64,000 nucleotides of DNA, taken from Akkermansia muciniphila (GTDB taxonomy: Bacteria; Verrucomicrobiota; Verrucomicrobiia; Verrucomicrobiales; V1-33). Position numbers and translations under genes: made by a program. The first letter of the stretch is position 1. Each line of letters begins with the position of its first letter. The notes beneath the pieces were generated by a model that made no database searches, had not been told where the DNA came from, and saw only the letters and a program-made list of their open reading frames with translations. Positions 28,204 through 38,470 of the stretch are shown here, piece by piece. Where the stretch lies: the NCBI GenBank assembly GCA_945861415.1, contig CAMAUV010000008.1, positions 2,944-66,943 of the forward strand, in the 5' to 3' direction.

Positions 28204-29673
28204 TTACCTGACTACATAGTCGGACGGAGCAGTAAGCTGAGGCTGGACGCGCTTTTCCCAGATGTAGCGGCGGAAGAGAACCTTGAGTGAGGCCGTGAGC
28301 GGCACCGCAAGCAGGGCCCCCAGCAATCCGCCGATGAGGAGAGACCAGAACAACACGCTGAAAATCACCGTCAGGGGATGTAGTCCCACCGCGTCTCCCA
28401 CGATACGGGGAGCGGTGACAAGAGAATTTAATTTCTGCACCAAAACAAAGATCACTGTGACGATCACCGGATAGGCCCACACTTCCTGGATGCCCCACAG
28501 AGTATTCACCAACTGACCTTCCTTTGTGATACCGAAGTGGGAAATTGATATGCCGACTGCGGCAAACCAGCAGATCACATTGCCAACATAGGGAATGAGA
28601 CCGAGCATCGCCACAAAAACACCAATAAGCATGGCGTAGGGTAGTCCGATCAACGCCAGACTCACACCGACGAGTAGCCCATCAATCATGCTCACTAGCA
28701 TCTGCCCCCGGAAGAACGCGATGAGGTATCCATTGATATCACTGAGCACATCGACCAGTTCAGCCTTGAATCGGGAGGCGCGTAGAGGAATGTAGTGGCT
28801 CCAACCCTGCTTGATAGCCGCGCTCTCCTTGAGGAAGTAATAGAGGTAGAGTGGAACGAGGACAAATCCGACAAGGTAGCCGAACAATCCGACAAACCCC
28901 TGAAAGCTACGGCTTAGCCCGCCACTGATTCTCGCGGCCACTTCGCTTCCATTAACAGCAATCCATGAGTTTACCTTCGCCCGCACCCACGATTCCTTCG
29001 ACCGGCTAACGGCATCCGGAGCCTTTGCTTCCAGAGGCAGGGAAAGAATGAGACCTGGAGCGAAGGTCCGGCCGGTATTGCCATTCTGTAGGGCTTCGGC
29101 CGGGATTGAATAATGTTCGGCGATGCTGGCTATGGTTTCTCCAGATTTGACCGTGTGCGCTCTTAGCTCTTTCGACGGGATCGGCGTAGTGGCAGGATCA
29201 CTTTTTTTCGCCGGCGACTGGCCCTTGATGCGTTCCACCAGACGATCCACACTTTCGATAGTGTCGCTGACAAAGCTGGAAACACTGCTCACCAGTTCCC
29301 CCCGCTTCTCGGGACTTAAATACTGACCTGCGCTGCGAATTGTTGGCACGGCCACCGAGAGAAAGAGCAGCAGCAGAATCCCATGAAAGCTGACCCACAC
29401 CCATATCATGGCACGAAAGCGAGGGGTGCCGCGGGCGGTCAGTTTTTTCACCAGCGGCTCCAGTAGATAAGCGAGAATACCAGCGAAAGCGATGGGCACC
29501 AGCACCGGCTGCAAAAACTGAAGCACATCCGTAAAGATGCCGACAGAATAGACGATTACTGCAGCGACAGCCAGCATCGACACGGCCGTAACCGCCATCC
29601 ACAGCATGCGACGCTGAAATTCATTGGGGTAATCCTTTTTGGGGGGAGTGGCGTCGGAGAGTCCGGTCTTCAC
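28204..29673 (-). CDS. AI-2E family (UPF0118/PerM) transporter with an inserted LysM domain
   Basis: LAYLLEPLV, FFRGQ, LIPYVG, PRIVGDAVGLHP and GALLAVPL; HTVKSGETIASIAEHYSI...N...PGLILSLP at 29035-29157; start uncertain (GTG 29673, ORF open to 29757). Confidence 0.9.
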   Translation of the reverse strand: MKTGLSDATPPKKDYPNEFQRRMLWMAVTAVSMLAVAAVIVYSVGIFTDVLQFLQPVLVPIAFAGILAYLLEPLVKKLTARGTPRFRAMIWVWVSFHGILLLLFLSVAVPTIRSAGQYLSPEKRGELVSSVSSFVSDTIESVDRLVERIKGQSPAKKSDPATTPIPSKELRAHTVKSGETIASIAEHYSIPAEALQNGNTGRTFAPGLILSLPLEAKAPDAVSRSKESWVRAKVNSWIAVNGSEVAARISGGLSRSFQGFVGLFGYLVGFVLVPLYLYYFLKESAAIKQGWSHYIPLRASRFKAELVDVLSDINGYLIAFFRGQMLVSMIDGLLVGVSLALIGLPYAMLIGVFVAMLGLIPYVGNVICWFAAVGISISHFGITKEGQLVNTLWGIQEVWAYPVIVTVIFVLVQKLNSLVTAPRIVGDAVGLHPLTVIFSVLFWSLLIGGLLGALLAVPLTASLKVLFRRYIWEKRVQPQLTAPSDYVVR

Positions 29674-29851
29674 AGGCAGTTGGTATATTGCACGCGGGGG
29701 TGTAGCACTTGACACTGCACTGGCAAGGCACACTTTGCCCTTCAATCTGTAGCTCACTTGCCTGAATCAAAAGACTGATTGTCCGTTGGCCAGTGGCCAA
29801 CACACAATCGCTACAGTAAGCGATTTGATTGAATCCATCCCTCCGCCGACC

Positions 29852-30886
29852 ATGAAGTTGCCCGCAATCGCTCTCTCCTTCGCACTCCTGACGGCCTCCC
29901 TGGTTGCTCAGGATAAACCTACTCCCGACCACCCCCTCTATGGCACCTACTCACTATCATTTGAGAACGACATCATTTCCGAAAAAGATCAGAATTACTC
30001 TAATGGCCTGCGCTACAGTTGGACTTCTCCTTCGCTGAGGAAGTTCTCAGAGCAATCCAGTATGGGGCGGTTTGGGAAATGGCTGGACACCCTACCGTGG
30101 CTCGGACTTTACGAATATGAGCGCAACGTTGCCGTTATCCTCGGCCAGGCCATGTATACACCGGCAGACACCAAGACGACCGCGCTCCTGCCGGACGATA
30201 GGCCCTACTCGGGCTATCTTTACACGGGCCTCGGGCTGATCTGGAAAAATGATCGCGTCAGGAATTCCCTAGTGCTGAATTTCGGCGTCGTGGGGCCATG
30301 GTCTCTTGCGGAGGAAACGCAAAAGCTGGCTCACGAACTCACCGGTTCCGCCGAAGCGCTGGGATGGGACAATCAGTTGGGAAATGAACCCCTCATCGCG
30401 CTTGCCTACGAACGGATGTGGCGACTGCGGCCAACGACCAGAGACACTGGCTGGGACTGGCAGGTCTTTCCCTACGCTGGTTTCACGCTGGGAAATCTCG
30501 CCATAAATGTCCGCGCCGGTAGCGAGTTACGCTTCGGATTTAATCTGCCGGACTCCTATGGCATGGGATCCATTGATCCCGCCTCCACCACCTCCTCACC
30601 TCTCGAAGGGTTTAGCTCCAAACGGTGGCGGCACAGATTCGGTGCCCATCTGTTCATTCGCGGAGAGGCCCGGGGGCTTGCCCATGACATCTTTCTGGAC
30701 GGCAACACATGGCGCGACAGTCACGCCGTGGAGAAGGAACTTTTCGTCTTCGACCTCTCCGCCGGCCTTTCTTTCAACTGGAGAAACACCTCCATGACTT
30801 ACTCCCTCGTGCGCCGCTCGCGCGAATTCGAAACGCAGGGGAATGAGCAAATTTTCGGCTCTGTGACCTTCAACTGGACTTTTTAG
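29852..30886 (+). CDS. Lipid A deacylase LpxR family outer-membrane beta-barrel
   Basis: Signal peptide; FEND...DQNYSNG, GQAMYTP, DRPYSG, GWDNQL and HDIFLDGN; terminal Phe. Confidence 0.9.
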   Translation: MKLPAIALSFALLTASLVAQDKPTPDHPLYGTYSLSFENDIISEKDQNYSNGLRYSWTSPSLRKFSEQSSMGRFGKWLDTLPWLGLYEYERNVAVILGQAMYTPADTKTTALLPDDRPYSGYLYTGLGLIWKNDRVRNSLVLNFGVVGPWSLAEETQKLAHELTGSAEALGWDNQLGNEPLIALAYERMWRLRPTTRDTGWDWQVFPYAGFTLGNLAINVRAGSELRFGFNLPDSYGMGSIDPASTTSSPLEGFSSKRWRHRFGAHLFIRGEARGLAHDIFLDGNTWRDSHAVEKELFVFDLSAGLSFNWRNTSMTYSLVRRSREFETQGNEQIFGSVTFNWTF

Positions 30887-31007
30887 GAGGAGCGCATCAA
30901 ATTACCCTGAGAAACCCGAATGAGCAATGTCCAACCTGATTCGCGGCGACAAAGGGCGGACTGCGTTACACCTTGCGCCCCGCACCTGCACCTGCATCAT
31001 CGCGCTT

Positions 31008-32009
31008 ATGTCTCCGGCTACGGAAAACCTCATTCTCCTCATCTATCTCGGCGTAATCCTGCTCTCGCTGCCAATAGCGGTTGTACTCACAGGGACGCGC
31101 CGCGCCAGTTTTCCTCCAGAGGAGACACAGCTTCTGCCACCGCCGGATGACAGACCCATGTGGATGACGCCCGAAGGACCATTCCCTGCTCCCGTGTCCA
31201 AACTGGCGCCCTCTTACGGAATGGCCAGCCCTTATGCCGCCCCGCAAACTCATATACCAATACTAGCTCCTCATGCCCTTGGAGGCTCCATGCACAATCA
31301 CTGGAATCGCCCGGATGCTTGGTTTGCTATCGTGCTCATGTGCCTCATGGCCGTGCTGCTTGGGCCGCTTGTCTCCGGACCTGCCGCCATGGACGGCGTA
31401 GAATTGGACCTCACCAGCGCACTATTCATTGGCCAGTTGATCTTCCACGGTGCCATCGTCGGTATTGTCCTTGTTTACCTGAGAGTGTTTCGCAAATTGG
31501 ATCCATGGCGCGCCTTCGGCATCGGAAACAAAGGCTTTTTTCTGAGCCTCGGCCTAGCCCTCATGTTGATCGTGCTTTGCACGGTCGCGCTTAGCGTCAT
31601 CGTCGCCGCGCTCATGCCACTGATGGAGCAGATGGCCGGAGGTGAACTCAAGCCGCAGATGATCGTGGAAAAGAGTTCCGCCATCACCGATTCCACGACC
31701 CGCCTGTGGATGCTCATCACGCTGGCCGTCGGCGCCCCGCTGATGGAGGAGATCGTATTCCGCGGAATCCTCTTCAGTGTGGCCGCCCGCTTCACGCATC
31801 CCGTCTATGCGGCCGTGTCCACTGGCGCCTTCTTCGCGGTCATCCACAATAGTCTGTATGCGCTTCTACCCCTCACCCTTCTTGGGACAGCTCTGGCCTT
31901 TGCGTATCACAAAACGAAGACCCTCGCTGTGCCCATCCTGATGCACTCTATCTTCAATGGCCTCCAGTTTGCTGTTCTCTTTTATGGCCCTCCGGCACTC
32001 CGCCATTGA
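31008..32009 (+). CDS. CPBP (CAAX/Abi) family intramembrane glutamic endopeptidase
   Basis: APLMEEIVFRG, FAVIH and PILMHSIFN; multiple TMs; start uncertain (ORF from 30927). Confidence 0.9.
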   Translation: MSPATENLILLIYLGVILLSLPIAVVLTGTRRASFPPEETQLLPPPDDRPMWMTPEGPFPAPVSKLAPSYGMASPYAAPQTHIPILAPHALGGSMHNHWNRPDAWFAIVLMCLMAVLLGPLVSGPAAMDGVELDLTSALFIGQLIFHGAIVGIVLVYLRVFRKLDPWRAFGIGNKGFFLSLGLALMLIVLCTVALSVIVAALMPLMEQMAGGELKPQMIVEKSSAITDSTTRLWMLITLAVGAPLMEEIVFRGILFSVAARFTHPVYAAVSTGAFFAVIHNSLYALLPLTLLGTALAFAYHKTKTLAVPILMHSIFNGLQFAVLFYGPPALRH

Positions 32010-32895
32010 TCCTGTCTCCGCACTGGGCGAGAACGAGTTGGTGCGACTGCTCACAAAGGGTCTCCCGCAATCCGACCGCACCCTGCATGGCCCCGGAGAC
32101 GATTGCGCCGTCATTGATCCCGGTCGCGGGCCGCTGCTTCTTTTTAAAACCGACTGCGTCATCAGCGGCATTCATTTCACGGCGGAGACCGATGCCGCGC
32201 TCGCGGGCCGCAAGGCTCTCAACCGGCTTGTCAGCGACATGGCCTCCATGGGAGGCATACCTCGCGAAGCCCTGATCACGCTCGCTCTGCCGCGTACCAC
32301 TTCCGTGCAGTGGCTACAGCGGCTTTACTATGGAATTAGCAAAGCGGCGAAGGCATGCCGCTGCGGCATCGCCGGCGGAGAAACCTCCTCCCTTCCGGAT
32401 GCATGTCCTGTCGTCATTTCCGTGGCCATGACCGGAGAAGTCCCGCGGCGAAGACTAGTCCTTCGTAGCGGTTCCTCGCCGGGCGATCTCGTCGCTGTCA
32501 CCGGCCGGCTCGGCGGCAGCATCCGAGGGCATCATTTGAAGTTTACTCCGCGAATCGCCGAGTCACACTGGCTCGTGCAGCACGCCCGCCCCACAGCCAT
32601 GATAGACCTCAGCGATGGTCTTGCGAAAGACCTTCCTCGGCTGGCCGATGCCAGCGGCACGGGCTATGAAATCGATCTCTCTTCCCTGCCCTGCAGTCCC
32701 GGCTGCACCGCCGCGCAGGCCGCTGGCGACGGCGAGGATTATGAACTTCTTTTCACACTCCCGCCGCGACGTGCGGTCTCGGCGTTGAAAGCATGGCGTA
32801 GAGCGTTCCCCCGCGTGCCCCTCACTGTCATCGGTATCATGCTTCAGAACAAATCACAGCGCACCCCGCTCCATGGAGGATGGGCGCATTTTTAA
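31984..32895 (+). CDS. thiL: Thiamine-monophosphate kinase
   Basis: GENELV, GDDCAV, HF, SDMASMGG, GGET, IDLSDGL, GEDYELLFT and GWAHF; start uncertain. Confidence 0.93.
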   Translation: MALRHSAIDPVSALGENELVRLLTKGLPQSDRTLHGPGDDCAVIDPGRGPLLLFKTDCVISGIHFTAETDAALAGRKALNRLVSDMASMGGIPREALITLALPRTTSVQWLQRLYYGISKAAKACRCGIAGGETSSLPDACPVVISVAMTGEVPRRRLVLRSGSSPGDLVAVTGRLGGSIRGHHLKFTPRIAESHWLVQHARPTAMIDLSDGLAKDLPRLADASGTGYEIDLSSLPCSPGCTAAQAAGDGEDYELLFTLPPRRAVSALKAWRRAFPRVPLTVIGIMLQNKSQRTPLHGGWAHF

Positions 32896-32953
32896 AGTCC
32901 AGAATTTCCCTGATCAGCAGTTGCACAGGAAACCGTTCCCTTAACTCCAAAGC

Positions 32954-33598
32954 ATGGACATTCTAGCCATCGAAACCTCCACCGCGCTCGGCTCCGCCGC
33001 GCTTTGGCGCGACGGTCGCCTTGTCGATGTGCAGGACTTTCAAAGCGAGCGCAACCACAACGCCGTGCTGTTCGCGCCGCTCGCCGCTCTGGTGAAAGAA
33101 TTACAAGATCTCGAATGCATCGTCTGCGGCACCGGACCCGGTAGCTACACCGGCATCCGGGTTGGTATCGCGGCGGCCATCGGCGTATCCCTCGCCAAAA
33201 ATACCTCCCTCATCGGACTGTCATCCCTGCTCGCTCTGCGCCACACGCAGGGCCTTGAGCGATTTGCCGTGTGTGGCGACGCCCGCCGTGGGTCGTGGTG
33301 GTGGGCCGAAGTAGTAAATGGCCGGCTGGCGGTGCCCCCGCTCAACGGCACCGCGAATGAGGCCGCGGCCCGCGCGTCCGCATGGTGCGGTCAGATTTTT
33401 ACAATCGACCCGGCCTCCCCGCCTTTCTGCGAAGCCACGCACACATGGCCACGCGCTGACATCCTCGCCACCACGGCCGCCGGCCTATCCGAAGCCACCG
33501 TGGCACAACTCGCCGCTCAACCCGTCGAACCCATTTACCTCGGACCCGCCTTCGTCACCCAGTCCAAAAAGTCAGTCTTTGCCTCCCCGTATGCCTGA
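32954..33598 (+). CDS. tsaB: tRNA threonylcarbamoyladenosine biosynthesis protein TsaB
   Basis: ILAIETST, GPGSYTGIRVG, DARRG and EPIY. Confidence 0.93.
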   Translation: MDILAIETSTALGSAALWRDGRLVDVQDFQSERNHNAVLFAPLAALVKELQDLECIVCGTGPGSYTGIRVGIAAAIGVSLAKNTSLIGLSSLLALRHTQGLERFAVCGDARRGSWWWAEVVNGRLAVPPLNGTANEAAARASAWCGQIFTIDPASPPFCEATHTWPRADILATTAAGLSEATVAQLAAQPVEPIYLGPAFVTQSKKSVFASPYA

Positions 33599-34049
33599 CC
33601 TTGCGACCTCACCGAAACCCGGCCTCATTGAAGGGCCGAAAGAATTGACCGGTGCCACACCGGAGCCGGAGCGCGCACCACCGCCCGCCTACGACGCGCC
33701 GCCTCCCGTGGACAAGCTCATTGCAGGCATACGTGATGGCATTACTCTCGCCGTCGCCTGCGGAATCGCGGCCACCGTGCTGAGCGTAGCTCTTGCCACA
33801 CGCGCCTGCCAAAGCGCCAAACTTCTCTGTCGCATGGCTGGCCGGAAATCCCGTGAGTGGGGCAACAAAGCCGCGAACATTTCCCGCAAATCGCTGCAAA
33901 CCCTTCGGCAAAAATTCGCCACCCTGCGCTCCCGTCGCCACGCCCTTTCCTCTCCCTTAGAAACGCCGCCGGCCATCACTTCCGAGAACACCGGACCTCA
34001 GCCAATTGCGGAAAAACACGTTAGCCCGCGAAAAGAAGCCAAGTCCTAG
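33591..34049 (+). CDS. Hypothetical single-TM protein
   Basis: ATG overlaps the 3' end of tsaB; Pro-rich N-terminus, one hydrophobic stretch, basic C-terminus. Confidence 0.5.
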   Translation: MPDLATSPKPGLIEGPKELTGATPEPERAPPPAYDAPPPVDKLIAGIRDGITLAVACGIAATVLSVALATRACQSAKLLCRMAGRKSREWGNKAANISRKSLQTLRQKFATLRSRRHALSSPLETPPAITSENTGPQPIAEKHVSPRKEAKS

Positions 34050-34192
34050 ACGCAGCACGTAGAGAAGACACCGGCCCACCCCTCTCCGCAGCCTCGGGCG
34101 ACAATCCAAGGTGCGCGCAAAGCGCCCGCTTTATTGCTACATGCGCACTCTAAAACGGCGAAAGCACCACTGCCACGATGCTCAGCACGGGA

Positions 34193-34211
34193 AGAAGGCA
34201 CTGTGCCTTCT
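34193..34211. terminator. Perfect 9-1-9 palindrome between convergent genes (possible terminator)
   Basis: AGAAGGCAC-T-GTGCCTTCT. Confidence 0.4.
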
Positions 34212-34252
34212 AAGATAAACTGGGCTAGTTCGCTCTGGCGAAGAATTGCGCC

Positions 34253-36577
34253 TCAGGCTCCGTGGAACTGCATGTTGTAGAGCGTACGGTAAATCTCGCT
34301 GCGGGTGAGGAGCTCGTCGTGGCGACCGGCGTCCGAGATAGCGCCGTTTTCCATGACGACGATGCGGTCGCTCTTGATGACGGTGGCCAGACGGTGGGCG
34401 ATGGCCAGCACGGTCTTGCCTTCGGATAAATCGCGGATGGCTTCCTGGATGGCTCGCTCGGCTTCCGGGTCGAGGGCGCTAGTGGCTTCGTCGAGCAAAA
34501 GGATAGGCGCGTTCTTCAGAAAGGCACGCGCGATGGAAATTCGCTGGCGTTGGCCGCCGCTGAGATTGCAGCCTTTGTCGCCGATGACAGTCTGGTAGCC
34601 TTGAGGCTGGGCGCGGATGAAGTCGTGCGCATGGGCACGGCGGGCGGCTTGATGGATCTCGGATTCCGTGGCGTCGAGGCGTCCGTAGCGGATGTTTTCG
34701 TAGATGCTGTCGTGGAAGAGGAAGACGTCTTGACTAACGACGCCGATCTGAGCACGGAGGCTGTCTTGGGTGACGTGCTGAATATCGTGTCCGTCGATGA
34801 GCACGCGTCCGGCGCCTGCATTGTAGAAGCGGAGAAGAAGATTGAAGATGGTGCTCTTACCCGCACCGCTACGGCCCACGAAGGCGATGGTTTCGCGCGG
34901 GGCGATGTCGAGGCTCACACCGCTCAGCGCGGTGGAGTCCTCGGTGTAGGAAAAGCCGACATTTTCGAGGGTGATGCGGCCTTCCGCAGGCGGGAGGACT
35001 TTGGCAGCGGCGGCGTCTTGCACTTGGGGAACGCTGTCCATGAGGTCGAAGACATTCTGCGTGGAGGTGAGGCAGCGCTGAAGGATGACGGGGATTTTGC
35101 TCAGCCCTTTAGCCGCAGGGTAAAGCATGACGAAGCCGCCATTCAGCGCGATGAACTTCGAGGCGGACATTCCGTTGTAATAGACGTGAACCAGCGCCAG
35201 CGCCACACCAACGGAGGCCATGACTTCGACTGATGGCCCCACGGCTTCGAGCATTTGCCGCCAGCGCTGCATGTTGCGCAGCATTCGCCAGTTGGTGGCG
35301 CGGAAGCGTTCAATCTCGTGTTCCTCTCGGCTGTAGGCTTTCACTTCGCGCACGCCAACGAGCGCCTCCTGCATGATGACGCTCATATTGCCAGCTTCCT
35401 GCTCCTCACACTTGGCGAACTTCTTAACGCGCTTCCCGGCGATGCTGATGGGCACGATGCAGAGGGGGAATAGCACAAAGGCCATGGCAGTGAACACCGG
35501 GTCGATAGCGAAGAGTACGATGAGGGCGCTGAGGATAGCGACGGGTTCCTTCACGACTTCGCTGGCGACGGTGCTCAGGGATTCCTGGGCGGTGCGCGTT
35601 TGCACGAGCAGGGTCTGCATGAGCACGCCGGATTTCCGCCGGTGGAAGAAGTCCATGCTCTGGCCCATGATGCGGGCGAAGAGTTTCCCGCGGATATCAT
35701 TGAGCACGCGCAGGCTGACCCAAGTCATGTTGTAACTGTTGAGGTAGCTGAAGAGTCCGCGCAGCAGCATCAGCAGCGGCAGCAGGGCGCAGAGCATAAG
35801 AATCTGCCAGACAGCTGCGGGGCGCGGGGCGGCCAAGGCGAGATTGAGTTCATCGTTGAATATCTTCCGGTCTGCCTGCGCGTGCATGGCCTCCAGCCCG
35901 GTGCTGCGCTCCTTTTTGTTTGGCTCGGTGTGGGTGAGGAGAAAGTGCGCCCAGAGGGTACGGTGACGGCGCTGAGACTCCGGCAGGTCCAGCAGGGCTT
36001 TCCATTTCGCGCGGGCGGTGCGGATGTTTTCCGGTAGCCCGTCCTCGCTGAGATTTGCAGCGAGGGATTCGCCGTGGTCGCGTTTGAAAAGCAGCTCAGC
36101 CTCGCCTTCGAGGCAGAGGCGAAATTCCTTCGGCATCTTTGCGGGCAGCGGTGGCAGCGCAGGCAGCGGTGTTTCCACGCTGGTGAGGGAATGGTCATGC
36201 AGCATGCTGCGATAGCGTGAGTAGACAGCCACGATGACCTCGTGCTCAGCCTCGGGAAGAGCAGCGGTCTCCGGCGCAGCAGCGAGGGCGGAGCGCAGCA
36301 CGGGCAGTTCCTTCTCCGCGTGCCATGACTCCGCCACGGTGGTTTCATTGCGCCCGGTCACCTCGCCGGAGGGCAGGACTTTCTCGGTGACCTTGTGCAC
36401 TCCGTAGATCATGAGGCCATTGCTGACGCCAAAAAGCGCGCCGCAGAGCAGGGCGAGGAAGAAGCGTTTCTTGTAAGGCAGGATGAATTCGAAGAGCCGC
36501 CGGTAGGGGCCACGGGCAGCAGCAACGAGGTCGCCCGCGCTGATACGTTTACTTTCCGGTTTGGTGTGGTCTGACAT
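34253..36577 (-). CDS. MsbA-like ABC exporter (fused TMD-NBD) with a large extracytoplasmic insert
   Basis: Walker A GRSGAGKS, Q-loop VSQD, LSGGQRQR, LLLDEATSALD and IAHRL; about 186-aa insert between TM1 and TM2. Confidence 0.92.
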   Translation of the reverse strand: MSDHTKPESKRISAGDLVAAARGPYRRLFEFILPYKKRFFLALLCGALFGVSNGLMIYGVHKVTEKVLPSGEVTGRNETTVAESWHAEKELPVLRSALAAAPETAALPEAEHEVIVAVYSRYRSMLHDHSLTSVETPLPALPPLPAKMPKEFRLCLEGEAELLFKRDHGESLAANLSEDGLPENIRTARAKWKALLDLPESQRRHRTLWAHFLLTHTEPNKKERSTGLEAMHAQADRKIFNDELNLALAAPRPAAVWQILMLCALLPLLMLLRGLFSYLNSYNMTWVSLRVLNDIRGKLFARIMGQSMDFFHRRKSGVLMQTLLVQTRTAQESLSTVASEVVKEPVAILSALIVLFAIDPVFTAMAFVLFPLCIVPISIAGKRVKKFAKCEEQEAGNMSVIMQEALVGVREVKAYSREEHEIERFRATNWRMLRNMQRWRQMLEAVGPSVEVMASVGVALALVHVYYNGMSASKFIALNGGFVMLYPAAKGLSKIPVILQRCLTSTQNVFDLMDSVPQVQDAAAAKVLPPAEGRITLENVGFSYTEDSTALSGVSLDIAPRETIAFVGRSGAGKSTIFNLLLRFYNAGAGRVLIDGHDIQHVTQDSLRAQIGVVSQDVFLFHDSIYENIRYGRLDATESEIHQAARRAHAHDFIRAQPQGYQTVIGDKGCNLSGGQRQRISIARAFLKNAPILLLDEATSALDPEAERAIQEAIRDLSEGKTVLAIAHRLATVIKSDRIVVMENGAISDAGRHDELLTRSEIYRTLYNMQFHGA

Positions 36578-36720
36578 GCTGAGTTCGCGCCCCAAGCGCA
36601 TGAAGAATAGGGCTAGACCTTTAGACTTCCCCAACGGCCTGCGCGGCGCAAGGCGTTATCAATTTCCTCCTGCGACCTTCGCGGTCCTGTTTTACAGCGC
36701 CGGTCAGGACAGTTTCATGG

Positions 36721-36990
36721 TCACTGCTCGGGTATAGAAAACAATCGGCAGGTCGCCGTAATGCGTTTCATGGAAAGTGCGGTAGCGACATGAGCCTGAA
36801 GGCATTCGACGAAACGGTCACAGCGGGCGGGATCGCGAGCGAGGTCGATGATGAACGCGGCAAGAGCTATTGGACCGGCGGGCGGGCACAGCAGCACTTT
36901 CCGCTAGCCGGGCGCACGGTATCGGCGGCTTTCTCCAACCGCGGCGCAATCGGGAGTAGAGCGCAGGTTCATCACGACGCTGGAGAGTAA
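36721..36990 (-). pseudogene. Decayed C-terminal remnant of a GT4-like glycosyltransferase
   Basis: Frameshifted pieces SVVMN / LLPIAPRLEKAADTVRP / VLLCPPAGPIALAAFIIDLARDP...QAHVATALSMKR resemble the GT-B C-terminal pattern (VLMEA..LPVV....E.V...GLL.PP.D..ALA.AI..L..DP). Confidence 0.4.
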
Positions 36991-37021
36991 TGGCTTCCAA
37001 TCCGGATGCGCTCGATCAGGG

Positions 37022-38464
37022 TCAGAGCAGACCGAGAATGAGTTGCGGGTAAACCCCCAGCACCAGCGTCGCGGCGATCAAAATGATCAGTAGGGATTTG
37101 GCGACCGGGCTGACGGGAATGGCGGCAGCCCCTTCCGGTGCGGTATTCCAGTAGACGTGCCGGATGACTTTGAAGTAGTAGTAGAATCCCGCGGCGGCTC
37201 CGGCGACGGCGATGCCGATGGCCAGCCATTGCTGAGCACCGGCGGCGGCGATAAAGACGAAGAATTTGCCAAGGAAACCAGCCGTGAGCGGCACTCCCGC
37301 GAGCGAGGCCGCTGCGATGAGAGTGGCGAAACCAAGAAACGGATTTCGCCGGTGCAGTCCGTCGAAGGCTTTCAATTCATCGCTCCCGGTGGATTTGTTG
37401 ATGATGATCAGCACCGCAAAGGCGAGCAGGGTCATGCACAGGTAGGCGCTTAGGTAGAAAGCAATGATCCGGGTGGAGGTCAGTTCACCGGTGTGGCGGT
37501 CGCTGGCCAGTGCGAGCAGAAGGAATCCCGCGTGGGAAATGGAAGAGTAGGCAAGGAGACGCTTGAAATTCCCCTGCGGAATGGCGGCGAGATTTCCGAG
37601 AATGAGCGTGGCACAGGCGACGGCCACCAGAATGGCGATGCAAGTGGTGCGTAAACTTTCGACCGCAAGGAAGGGCTCCATGAGACGAATGGCGACGAGG
37701 AAACCGGCGGCTTTCGAGCCCACGGAGAGAAACGCTGTCACTGGGGTCGGTGCGCCCTGATACACATCCGGCACCCAGAAGTGAAAGGGCACGGCGGCGA
37801 TTTTGAAGCAGAGTGCGATGAGGATGAGCGCGAAGGCAAAGAGCGCCGGCCCGCGAGCGGCACTCGGGAGGGCGGTGCGAATAGCGTCAAGTCCGGTCTG
37901 CCCGGTGGCGCCGAAGAGCCATGAGAGACCGTAGACGAGTATACCGGTGCTCAGCGCGCCAAGGATCAGATACTTGACCCCGGCCTCAAGGCTGCCCACA
38001 TTGCGCCGCATGTAGGCGACCATGATGTAGAAGCCGATGGTGGTGAGTTCGAGGCTCAGGAAAATGGTGGTGATGTCGATAGCGGAGGCCATCCACATGA
38101 GGCCCGCGCAGATGAGCACAGGCAGGGCAAAGAATTCCCCGGTGGCCGGCCCGCCGCCGGCGCGGGCGCTGTATTTTTCTAGCACTGGAAGGTATTCGAG
38201 CCCTAGCATCAAAACGAAGGCCGTGCACAGGAGCGCGAGGCCTTTGAAGAACAGCGAAAGGGAGCTGTCATCATAGAACTGCCACATGGGGGAGTCGCAG
38301 CCGCAGTGGGATTTGACGGTGAGCAGGAGCAGGAAGGTGGCGGCGATGCCGGCGAGAGCGGCCCAGCCGATGCGGCGCTTGTGCTGCGGCGGGGTGAAGG
38401 CTTCGACGAGCAGGAGGACCAGCCCGAGCACCACAACTGCAATTTCCAAATAGTAAGCCGGCAT
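37022..38464 (-). CDS. nuoN: NADH-quinone oxidoreductase subunit N
   Basis: GEF, LEL, SLEAGVKYLILG, FKIAAVPFHFWVPDVYQGAPTP, KRLLAYSSISHAG and SLAGVPLTAGFLGKF. Confidence 0.95.
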   Translation of the reverse strand: MPAYYLEIAVVVLGLVLLLVEAFTPPQHKRRIGWAALAGIAATFLLLLTVKSHCGCDSPMWQFYDDSSLSLFFKGLALLCTAFVLMLGLEYLPVLEKYSARAGGGPATGEFFALPVLICAGLMWMASAIDITTIFLSLELTTIGFYIMVAYMRRNVGSLEAGVKYLILGALSTGILVYGLSWLFGATGQTGLDAIRTALPSAARGPALFAFALILIALCFKIAAVPFHFWVPDVYQGAPTPVTAFLSVGSKAAGFLVAIRLMEPFLAVESLRTTCIAILVAVACATLILGNLAAIPQGNFKRLLAYSSISHAGFLLLALASDRHTGELTSTRIIAFYLSAYLCMTLLAFAVLIIINKSTGSDELKAFDGLHRRNPFLGFATLIAAASLAGVPLTAGFLGKFFVFIAAAGAQQWLAIGIAVAGAAAGFYYYFKVIRHVYWNTAPEGAAAIPVSPVAKSLLIILIAATLVLGVYPQLILGLL

Positions 38465-38470
38465 GGGAAG

